A DNA stretch of 59,982 nucleotides, filler included, from Dugesia japonica (GCA_001938525.1; 5 parts of 5 records of this genome joined end to end with filler, not necessarily neighbours in it), one strand, 5' to 3'. Counted from the first letter of the whole stretch, positions 36,811 to 46,300 are shown. A program made the numbers and translations. The notes: generated by a model from the sequence alone, not told the origin.

Positions 36811-37740
36811 ATGGCAATGAAGGGTAAAATAATGTTTGGTGGTGGATTAAAGAAAGAATTAAAGTCTACTGAATTACAGGCTATTGAACTACAGGCTACT
36901 GAATTACATAAACCTTTTAATAAAAATAAAAAGTTTGTCAAAGTTGTATTATACTTTAAAGATGAAACATGGTCAGCTGATTTAATGTTTATAGGACAAT
37001 TAAGAAAACTTGTTCCAGTTTTAATTGTAATTGATTTATATACTAGATTTTTATTTATTGATGTTTTGGAAAATAAAACTGGACAAGAAGTAACAAATGG
37101 ATTTGAAAATATAATTGAAAAAAGTAATCGTATACCAAATAATTTATGGGTTGATCATGGACGAGAATTTTACAACAAAACATTTCAAGAGTTTTGTGAT
37201 GAAAATAATATTAATTTATATTCAACTTCATTAAATACAGAAATGAAAGGTAAAGCAGTTTTTGTTGAACGTGTAATTAGAACATTCAAAAGAAGATTGT
37301 ACAAATTATTTACTAAACAAGGAAATCAAAAGTGGGATGAAGATTTATTAAATTCAATAGTTGATGATTATAATAATACAGTTCATAGTTCGATAAACAA
37401 AACACCAACTGCAGCCAGCAATCATGTTAATGATAAAGTTAGTAAACAAGTTGAAAAGAAAACAGTTAAATGGAATCAAACTAATAAAAATTTCAAAACA
37501 CCAATCAAGAATAAATTAAAGATTGGTGATAGAGTTAGAATATTTAGATTTAAAGACAAGTTTGAAAAAGGTTACACAATAAACTGGACAAAAGAAATTT
37601 ATACAATTTATAAAATCAATAGAGAAAATAATACATCACAACCATTTGATGGAATATTAACTTATAGTATTATAGATAAAGATGGAAATGAAATTTTGGG
37701 TAGGTTTTATAGAAATGAATTACAGTTAACTAGTTTGTAG
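36811..37740 (+). CDS. Retroviral-type (rve) DDE integrase of Polinton type
   Basis: LHKP, WSADL (D), LWVDHGREF (D), VERVIRTFK (E), YNNTVHSSI, KIGDRVRI...KGY..NWT.EIY. No chromodomain. In frame with the upstream PLA2 ORF. Confidence 0.96.
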   Translation: MAMKGKIMFGGGLKKELKSTELQAIELQATELHKPFNKNKKFVKVVLYFKDETWSADLMFIGQLRKLVPVLIVIDLYTRFLFIDVLENKTGQEVTNGFENIIEKSNRIPNNLWVDHGREFYNKTFQEFCDENNINLYSTSLNTEMKGKAVFVERVIRTFKRRLYKLFTKQGNQKWDEDLLNSIVDDYNNTVHSSINKTPTAASNHVNDKVSKQVEKKTVKWNQTNKNFKTPIKNKLKIGDRVRIFRFKDKFEKGYTINWTKEIYTIYKINRENNTSQPFDGILTYSIIDKDGNEILGRFYRNELQLTSL

Positions 37741-37766
37741 CTAATAGCTAATTTACTTTTAATAAA

Positions 37767-38549
37767 ATGGCTCAAGTAAATCCAATTTGGAAAAGTAGTA
37801 CAAGTAAATTTAAACATGAAATATTTCCACCACAATTTAGATGTTTAATTATTGGTTCAAGTGGATGTGGTAAAAATGTTTTACTATTAAAGATTTTACT
37901 AACACCAAATTTTATTGATTATAATAATTTGATTATATTTTCAACTACTATTAATCAAACTGAAATCCAATTACTTTACCATGGATTTAGTCAAGGTTTA
38001 AGTAAACAAGATTTAGTAAATTTATTTTCAGATGAAATGCAAGATAAAATTCCTAAAGATTTAAATCCGCAAGAAATAATCTTTTGGTATTCGAGTGAAG
38101 TATTATCAAGAAGTACTGATGAGTTAAAAGAAGATTTAGATAGTTGGATAAACATTACACTATCAACTAAAGCATCTGAAATTGTTCCATGTGATAAATT
38201 ACCTAGTAATAAAAAGAATTTAATTATTTTTGATGATGTAGTAAATGAAAAAAATCAATCAATACAGAAATCTTACTTTACTAGAGGAAGACATAACAAT
38301 TGTAATGTAATTTATATATCACAAACATATTATGATCTAGATAAAAATAGTATAAGGAATAATAGTAATTGTTTTATTTTCTTTAAATTAGGCAAAAGAG
38401 ATAAAGATAATGTTTATCATGATTTATTCAGTAATATTTTTAATAGTAAAGAAGAATATGATTTTGAAACCAATCACCATTGGAAAACAAAGTATAATTA
38501 TTTTTATCTTGATAAAGAAAAAGAAATGTTAGTTGACTCACTATTCTAG
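37767..38549 (+). CDS. A32/FtsK-like DNA packaging ATPase
   Basis: Walker A GSSGCGKN (atypical N), Walker B LIIFDD, RGRH arginine finger, YISQ motif, IRNN. Confidence 0.93.
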   Translation: MAQVNPIWKSSTSKFKHEIFPPQFRCLIIGSSGCGKNVLLLKILLTPNFIDYNNLIIFSTTINQTEIQLLYHGFSQGLSKQDLVNLFSDEMQDKIPKDLNPQEIIFWYSSEVLSRSTDELKEDLDSWINITLSTKASEIVPCDKLPSNKKNLIIFDDVVNEKNQSIQKSYFTRGRHNNCNVIYISQTYYDLDKNSIRNNSNCFIFFKLGKRDKDNVYHDLFSNIFNSKEEYDFETNHHWKTKYNYFYLDKEKEMLVDSLF

Positions 38550-38576
38550 TTCATAAGCTAAATTATTATATAAAAA

Positions 38577-39206
38577 ATGGCAAGTAACACAACTGAACAA
38601 GAATTATTAGACTTGATAAATAGTAACAAAAGTAAATCAATTAAAATTGATGGTAAAAATTATTGGATAGGTAAAAGAAGTAAAGAATTAATAAAAAAGA
38701 GTATACATGATAATAAACTAGAAGTAGAAGGTGGACTATTTCCATTATTAGGATTAATACCAGCAATTTTGGCAGGAATTGGAGCAGCTGCACCTACAAT
38801 CGCAGGAGTAACTGCAGCTGTTGCAGGAACTGCAGGCGCTGCTGCAGGAATTGCGAAAGTTGTTTCAAATTCCCGTGAAGCTAATAACAAACTTAAAGAA
38901 CCTAAATTGTTGGATCAACGATTGATGGAAAATAAAGTTGATAATAAAGTTGATAATAAAGCTATTGAAAATAAACCTATTGAAAATAAAGTTGAAAATA
39001 CATTACCCCAGTCTGTAGGAACTGGAATATATTTAAATCCCTATCAAGGATCAGCTATCCACAAATATCTAAAACCTTATTTAATTAATAATGTTAATGG
39101 TTCTAAAGTAATAAAGAAAAAGAAATTTAAAAAAGGAATTGAAATTATTCCAAGTGGTAAAGGATTATATTTAAATCCATATTCGTATGAAAGTGAATAC
39201 AAATAA
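38577..39206 (+). CDS. Adenovirus pX-like core/membrane-active virion protein
   Basis: VEGG-LFPLLGLIPAILAGIGAA resembles adenovirus pX GG-ILPLLIPLIAAAIGA; Gly/Ala-rich hydrophobic helix; two GxG(I/L)YLNPY motifs. Confidence 0.7.
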   Translation: MASNTTEQELLDLINSNKSKSIKIDGKNYWIGKRSKELIKKSIHDNKLEVEGGLFPLLGLIPAILAGIGAAAPTIAGVTAAVAGTAGAAAGIAKVVSNSREANNKLKEPKLLDQRLMENKVDNKVDNKAIENKPIENKVENTLPQSVGTGIYLNPYQGSAIHKYLKPYLINNVNGSKVIKKKKFKKGIEIIPSGKGLYLNPYSYESEYK

Positions 39207-39218
39207 AACTTAATTAAA

Positions 39219-40130
39219 ATGAGTGATTGGATTGAAAGTAGAATAAAGTGTTTAAAAGAACAAATTATTGGAATTGAAAAATATGACAAGTTTATAGTTG
39301 ATCAAGTTTCATTTGGTAATAACTTTGGAATTAACAACTTTCCAACTAGTTTGGTTAATAACTTAAGTGAACAACCTATTAAAGATCAAGTTAAAGACCA
39401 AGTTAATGAACAACCTATTAAAGTTCAACCATTAACAAAATCTATAGGTTCTACAGAAGATTCAAAAAATGAAGAAAAAAATGAACTTATTAAAAATCTA
39501 ATTAATAAAACAATCAAGGATGGTAGATTAAAATTGAATAAAAAAGATTTTATAGTTAGTAAAAAGTATGATTTACCTCCAACTTTAACTCCTCACCTTA
39601 TTTTAAATGATGAAGATTCTTTTGATTCTTTTCAAATTGGTTCATATATTATTTGTATAAGAGAAAGAATTAAAAATGTTAATTCTGAAAAATATTTTTC
39701 ATTTGATAACCAATCTGGATATATTAAAGAAACATTATTTAATCAAGAATTATTAAATTTAATGTTTGGCTATGGATCTAATGATGATGAAGCTAAATCA
39801 ATTTATTTAAAATTATTTAATAACTCCAATTTAAATTCAAGTAATTATATTAGAACATGTGGAAGAAAAGGAAATTTTGATGAAGTGTTTAAGAAATTTA
39901 AAAAAGTACCTGAATATAAAGAAATTGATACTGTAAAAATTAGTGGTGAAGGATTTAAAATAACTAATAATCCAATTAAATTATTAGAAAAGTTTGTTAT
40001 AATAACTAGTGCAATGAAAGCTGGTCATGATGGAATGACGACAGAGTTTAACAAAACAGTTGATCAAATGTTGGATAGAAAATTAATAACTGAAGCAAAA
40101 TATAATAGACTTAAAGAAAAGTATAATTAA
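39219..40130 (+). CDS. Conserved Polinton protein of unknown function
   Basis: Intact 303-aa ORF. C-terminal NPIKLLEKFVIITSAMKAGHDGMTTEF resembles the PxxLxxRLxLLxASxxAGN helix motif I recognise from Polinton proteins. Confidence 0.65.
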   Translation: MSDWIESRIKCLKEQIIGIEKYDKFIVDQVSFGNNFGINNFPTSLVNNLSEQPIKDQVKDQVNEQPIKVQPLTKSIGSTEDSKNEEKNELIKNLINKTIKDGRLKLNKKDFIVSKKYDLPPTLTPHLILNDEDSFDSFQIGSYIICIRERIKNVNSEKYFSFDNQSGYIKETLFNQELLNLMFGYGSNDDEAKSIYLKLFNNSNLNSSNYIRTCGRKGNFDEVFKKFKKVPEYKEIDTVKISGEGFKITNNPIKLLEKFVIITSAMKAGHDGMTTEFNKTVDQMLDRKLITEAKYNRLKEKYN

Positions 40131-40832
40131 ATGTCACATCAATTTTTAATATATGGTCAAGAACATGAATTAGAAACTAAATTATCAAATGGTTTAAATT
40201 TAAAAGGTAATTGGGAAATTGCTTTAATTTGGTTCACTACTTCTAATATGATTTTAAATATAAATAATAAAAATAATAAATATAAAATTAATAATGTTGT
40301 AAAAGAATTAACGCCAGGCGCTTATGAAATTAAACAAATTGCCGAGCGTTTGGCTATTGATTATATACAATTAACATTTGATGTTTCAACAGGCAAAGCC
40401 TTTATTCAAGTTAGTGAAAAATTTTCTGATAAAGGTGAATTAAAACTTGAATTTGATTCAACTTCTTTTTTTCATACCATATTAGGATATAATACTTTTA
40501 GTGGTTATAGTTATTTACTTGTAAAAGATAAGATTTTCATTTCAGAAAATAAAATAAACATTATTGACATTAATACAATTAATATTATTTGTAATATTGT
40601 TCAAGGTAATTATTTGAATAATAAAGAATCTAATTTGTTACATAGTTTACCAATGGGAACAGTTCCTTATGGATATCGTATAACAGACAGACCAGCTAAT
40701 CCAATTTACTCTCAAATTAATACAGATTTTATATCTAGAATTAAATTAAATATAGTAGATGAAAATTTTAATACAATAGATTTTGATGGTGAAAAAATAA
40801 ACATTTTAATTCACTTGAGGAAAGTGGTTTGA
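40131..40832 (+). CDS. Minor capsid protein (penton, single jelly-roll; PX)
   Basis: L..NWEIAL, PGAYEI, INIICNIV, VPYGYRI..P..PIY, I.L.IVDEN...IDF.GE....IHLR. Confidence 0.88.
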   Translation: MSHQFLIYGQEHELETKLSNGLNLKGNWEIALIWFTTSNMILNINNKNNKYKINNVVKELTPGAYEIKQIAERLAIDYIQLTFDVSTGKAFIQVSEKFSDKGELKLEFDSTSFFHTILGYNTFSGYSYLLVKDKIFISENKINIIDINTINIICNIVQGNYLNNKESNLLHSLPMGTVPYGYRITDRPANPIYSQINTDFISRIKLNIVDENFNTIDFDGEKINILIHLRKVV

Positions 40833-40853
40833 TCAACTAAAGTTGGTTAATAA

Positions 40854-41447
40854 ATGACTACTAACACAAATTACAACATAACAGACTTTTTAAAAACATT
40901 TGGTATTACATCAACTACTAATTTTGATTTGATGGATCATGTTAAATTTTTACAATTCAAATGCCCAGTTTATATTTTAATGAAAAATGAAATGGAAGAT
41001 TATGCAAACGCAAATGCAAACGCGAATGCGAACGCAAACGCGAATGCAGATGCTAACACAGATCCAATTAATTGTTTTATAATAAATTATCAAAATACAA
41101 ATCAAAAAGGTAGTCATTGGGTTGCTTATGTTCAATGTTGTATACCAACTACGAATGCAAACGTGAATGCAGCTTGTAAATTACATGGTTTTTATTTTGA
41201 TTCTTATGGACTAACTCCATTGGATTGTATTAAAAAGATTTCAAATTATTCCTTAAAATGGAATACAACTAGAGTTCAACCTTGGAATACTAAAATATGT
41301 GGTATTTTATGTTTATACTTTATTTATAAAATACAACTAGTATTAGTTGATAGACTGTCTTTTAATTCACCTGGAATAGCAAACTATAAAATGAAATTTG
41401 ATTTAATAATTAAAGAATTAAAAACTACTTTCAAAGATTGGTTATAA
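40854..41447 (+). CDS. Adenain-like cysteine protease (virion maturation)
   Basis: IIN...GSHWVA (His), YFDSYG (Asp), VQ...ICGILC (Gln/Cys); contains an (Asn-Ala)n insertion. Confidence 0.93.
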   Translation: MTTNTNYNITDFLKTFGITSTTNFDLMDHVKFLQFKCPVYILMKNEMEDYANANANANANANANADANTDPINCFIINYQNTNQKGSHWVAYVQCCIPTTNANVNAACKLHGFYFDSYGLTPLDCIKKISNYSLKWNTTRVQPWNTKICGILCLYFIYKIQLVLVDRLSFNSPGIANYKMKFDLIIKELKTTFKDWL

Positions 41448-41467
41448 CAAAGTTATAGCTTTAATAA

Positions 41468-42637
41468 ATGACTCATAGTTTTTCAAATGTTATAATGAAT
41501 AGGTTTGGTGAAACATTGGACAATAAAAATACTAGCCAATTACTTGAAGCATTTGATGGTAAAGTTGAAAGTAAAATTAATTTAAAATTAAAAATACATG
41601 AACATCAAGAAGAAATTAAAAATAAAAAATATGATGATAGAGAATATGTTGATAAAGTAGTAGATAAAAAAGTTGAACAATTGACTGTAAAGTTTAATAG
41701 TCAACTAACTAAACAACAAGTTACTATTGATACTTTATTAGAATCCAACAAAATACAATTGAGTGATAGGAAAAAGGAATTCATTAATCTAAAAAGTGAA
41801 ATGTTAATTCAAATTGAAAACTTTAAACAAATTAAAAACTTTTATAAAGATGAATTTGATACCAAGATAAATAAATTAAATAAACAAGTTGATAGTTTAA
41901 AAGTTGAAGTTGATAAATTAACAAGTAAATGTAGTGAAGTTAAATGTAAAGAGCTAAAAGAAAAAGTAGATAAATTAAAATATGATTTTGATTATTTAAA
42001 ACAAACTAAAAATGATGTATTAAAAGATTTGGGATTTAAATTATCTCAACTTCCATGTATGTATCATGAAGATTATATTGATATTCTGAAGATTAAAGAA
42101 AATTTAATAAAAGAAAGAGAAGAAAAGAAAATTTATTCCCAAGATTTAATTAATGAATTAAGAAATAAAATTGAAAATTATTTTCCATTTAAATTAGATG
42201 AAAATACAAAAACAAACAAGAATATATTATTTAAATTAACAACAGATAAAATTATAAATGACTTACCAACTGTTGTAGTTTATAGATTAAAAAAATTTCA
42301 AGCTAATAAAAATAATACACCTTTAGTGTGGAATTATATTATTAATTCTGCTTACTTGTTAAATAATACTTTGGATTTAACTTTTAATTTACTTTCAAAA
42401 GAAAAAAAATTATTTTTCCATTTCACTTTCGGTAAATCATTTTATAAAGTTGAAATATATATAGAATCTATGTTTGGCTATGTTTATAAATTTTTAATAC
42501 CACTAAATAATTTAAATGAAAAAGGATATATTGTAGATACTGATAGTTTACTGCGTGATAAATGGGATTATGTAAAAATAACCATTACTGGAAAATGTTA
42601 TTTTAAATCTTTAACTATATCAACTCAAATTAAATAA
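41468..42637 (+). CDS. Coiled-coil protein with beta-rich C-terminus (candidate fibre/spike)
   Basis: Intact 389-aa ORF; heptad-rich K/E/L region over about aa 30-235, then an aromatic, beta-strand-like domain. Function is inferred only. Confidence 0.6.
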   Translation: MTHSFSNVIMNRFGETLDNKNTSQLLEAFDGKVESKINLKLKIHEHQEEIKNKKYDDREYVDKVVDKKVEQLTVKFNSQLTKQQVTIDTLLESNKIQLSDRKKEFINLKSEMLIQIENFKQIKNFYKDEFDTKINKLNKQVDSLKVEVDKLTSKCSEVKCKELKEKVDKLKYDFDYLKQTKNDVLKDLGFKLSQLPCMYHEDYIDILKIKENLIKEREEKKIYSQDLINELRNKIENYFPFKLDENTKTNKNILFKLTTDKIINDLPTVVVYRLKKFQANKNNTPLVWNYIINSAYLLNNTLDLTFNLLSKEKKLFFHFTFGKSFYKVEIYIESMFGYVYKFLIPLNNLNEKGYIVDTDSLLRDKWDYVKITITGKCYFKSLTISTQIK

Positions 42638-42644
42638 TTTAAAA

Positions 42645-43307
42645 ATGGAAGCTGTTAAATTATATCCAGATTTAGATTTAAATAATGATTTAAATAAACC
42701 AAAACCAAATTCATTGGAAGAATTAAAAAATAAATTAAATCAAACAAGAATTAAAGATTTTGAAAATGATCTAGAGTGGATAGAAGATAAACTAAAACAT
42801 TATAAAAAATTAAAAAGAAGATGGTCAACATTTGATAATGGAGTTAGATTTACTGATGTTGGTATTTCAACATTTGTAGGCATTGCTTCAGGAACTGTAA
42901 TAATAATGTCAACTTTATCATTTACAATACCTTTAATTGCAACTGCTATAATAACTGGAATACCAATTATTTATTCAATTGCCCATGGTTCATTGCGAGT
43001 TGGTTTAATTAAAAAGAGAATAACCAAATACAATAATAAAATTAAATTATTAGAAGAAACTAAAAATAAATTGTTTCTCTTTCAAACCAAAGCATTAGAA
43101 GATGATGAATTAAGTAATGAAGAAATTAAAATTAGTAAAGATATAATTACTAAACTTAAAACACAATTAGTTGGTCAACAAGTTGAAGCCGATAGTTCAA
43201 AGCAAATATCTGATCAACAATTGTCTGATCAATTGGGTCAACTATCAAAAACATTTCCAATAATGATGGAGCAAATTGCTAACCAACTCAAAAAGAAAAA
43301 TTTATAA
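42645..43307 (+). CDS. GasderminX-like membrane protein of adintoviruses
   Basis: Basic helix, then a double hydrophobic segment (VGISTFVGIASGTVIIMSTLSFTIPLIATAIITGIPII), then a coiled coil ending KALEDDELSNEE. Confidence 0.7.
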   Translation: MEAVKLYPDLDLNNDLNKPKPNSLEELKNKLNQTRIKDFENDLEWIEDKLKHYKKLKRRWSTFDNGVRFTDVGISTFVGIASGTVIIMSTLSFTIPLIATAIITGIPIIYSIAHGSLRVGLIKKRITKYNNKIKLLEETKNKLFLFQTKALEDDELSNEEIKISKDIITKLKTQLVGQQVEADSSKQISDQQLSDQLGQLSKTFPIMMEQIANQLKKKNL

Positions 43308-43383
43308 AAAAATGATCAAGTAAAAAAAATTGTGGTTTAATACCCCAACCCGTCAAGCCAAAGATTTATTATAATAAAAGAAC

Positions 43384-46300
43384 ATGTCAACTGAAAATGA
43401 TGACCTTAATATTATTATTGAAAGAGCAATTTTAGAAAATAGATATTGTGATATTTGTAATCAATGTTTTAGAACAAACTATCATTTAAAGACTCATCTA
43501 GAAGGTAAATACCACAAAAGAAAAGTTGAATTATCAAATATAGGTGATTATTGGAGAACATGTCACAGATGTAATTTACAATTTAATAATTTAATAAACT
43601 ATAATAGACATATAAATGGACGTAGACATCTTTCCAACGTCCATTTTAATAGAAATATTGAACAAGAGAAAAATCTTAAAGAATTATACAAGGATTATAT
43701 TCAACCTGAAGGTTATTATAAAGTAGAAACATGTCATCAATCAATGATTAAATTAAAACAAGACTTTATAGTTTGTAAAAATGATAAACAACCTGCTATT
43801 GAAAACATTCATCAATTTGAAGATAGAATTAATTTTAATCTTTTAAAAGAATATTCAAATGAAATGAAGAACTTGGTTGATATATTTTTCAGCAAATATC
43901 ATAAAGTTGCAGTTTCAATAACTTGTTCTACAACATATACAAAAGATTTTGTTGGAGAAGATAGTATCACTAATCAACAATGGATAAAGGATTATGATGC
44001 ACATTCACAGAAAATTACAATGTTTAGTCAAATTTCTGAAATGATTGATAAAATGTTGGATCAACTTTCAGAAGATATTTTCACAACAGAGACTCAAGGA
44101 TCAGGTTGGTCATTTGATAGATTTAATTCTTTTACAATTGAACTCTCTAATTATGAATCTCTTGTTGGCCAAGGATATGTTCCATTGCCTATAGAATGGA
44201 AAAATATTCCTGGAATTTTAAATATCAAGAATCCAGAATATGATTTAAATTGTTTTAAATATTGTATAATGTCACATCTTGATCCTTTATTAAATGATTT
44301 AGTTGCCAGTTATCAAAATCTTAAAACTATTAAAACAATTGGTTTAAATTGGACTGATATTAAAATGCCAATGTCTATAAAAGATATTCCTAAATTTGAA
44401 AGATTAAATGATTTTCAAGTTAATGTCTTTGAAGTAATTCCAAGTAAAACTAGTCCTAAAATTCAAAAACTATATTCTTCACACTTGGAAACTAATCCAC
44501 TTTCTACTGTTAGAAAATGTAATTTACTTTTACATGAAAAACATTACATTTTAATTAGAAATTTAAACAAAATAAATACAAAATCTAAACATGTAAATGA
44601 ATTGTGTATTAACTGCATGAACTGGAAACGTGATAAAGAATCATTAACGAATCATCAACTACTTTGTTTAAAACAGAAAGATGCACAAATTAAATTTACT
44701 TTTGCAGATAAATACAAATTTTCTAAATACTACATGAAAAATAAAAATCCATTTGTAATTTATTTTGATATTGAAACTTATAAACAAGGAGATAATTATT
44801 CTAGTGATTATTCAAATGAATTAATTCCATTCGCTTTAGGATTGTATTTAGTTAGTAATCATCCTAAAGTTAATAATATTTACAAATCATTCCAAGGACC
44901 TAATTGTATTTCTAAATTCATTGATTGGTTATTAAAATTTAATCATTTATTTGAACAATTAATTAACAAATCTTTTAAATCTTATTGTTTAGATGATGAT
45001 GATCTTGTAGAGTTAGAATCCAGTAAATGTTATTATTGTGCATCAAATGCACTAATGTGCGATGCACTTTCGATAAATCCTTGGACAGGATCTTCTAGAG
45101 GCTATGCACATAGTGAATGTATTAAAGTTTATGAAGATCCAAAGAAGTTTTTCATCCCAGTATATGCACATAATTCTAGTAAATTTGATAATCATTTTAT
45201 ATTTAAAGAAATATGTAAACTTCATTCAAGTAAAATTAGTAATTTAATTCCATTGAATGATGATGTTTACATTTCATTTTCTTTAGAAAGAATGAGATTT
45301 TTAGATTCTTTAAGAATGTGCAGTGGTCATTCGATTGAAAAGATGGGTCAGGATTTATTAAAAAGTAAAAATCATCCACATCTTGATAGTTTTAATCTAA
45401 AACCATGTAAAGGAATCTATCCATATGATTATGTAAGTGGTAATAATTATAAAGAAGTGAAACTAAAGTTAATAAACTACTATCCACTTATTGATGATTT
45501 TTACAATGTTTTGAAACAATCTGAACTATCTGAATCTGATTTTCAAACATTTCAAAATGATTATTCAAAATTTGATAATTTATTAGATTATACAATGCAT
45601 TACATGAAGCTTGATGTAATAATTCTAGCAGACTTTTTCGAAAACTTTAGGTCTTTATCACTAGATAGGAATGAAATTGATCCAACATATTGTTATTCTG
45701 CACCAGGTTTAACTTGGGAAATTGGAATGAAAGTATCAAAAGTTAAATTAATGAATGCCAATAACTTTAACTTTGACATGTTTCTAACTATAGAACAAGG
45801 AATTCGAGGTGGTTTTTCAGGAGTATGTGGTAATAGACATGTTGTAGCAGATGAAAATCATACACTAAAATGTTTAGATGAGAACAGTTTATATGCTGCA
45901 TCAATGACAAAACGATTACCTTGGGGTGAAATGAGTTGGGATAATGACAAAACTTATGTTAGAACTAATGATAATTTTACAATTAATGAACTTGGTGAAA
46001 AGATTTATATGGATTATATTTATACAGTTGATTTAATTTATCCTGATGAAATAAAAGAAAGGACTAAATATTATCCATTAGCAGTAGAAAAACAATCTAT
46101 TGAGTATAAAGAGCTGAGTGACTATCAAAAACATTTATTAAAAATTATGAATCAAAATCAATCCAATAATGAAAAGTTGATAATGACTCAGAAAAATAAA
46201 TATAATTATATAGTTATGGGCCAAGTTTTGGATTTGTATTTAGATCAGGGATTGATTTTAACAAAAGTTCATAGTAAAATTAATATTCCAACAAAATATT

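Noticed and set aside
38660-39289. Antisense ORFs inside the Polinton (38660-38890, 39077-39289)
   Set aside because: Shadows of plus-strand genes with no independent motifs.
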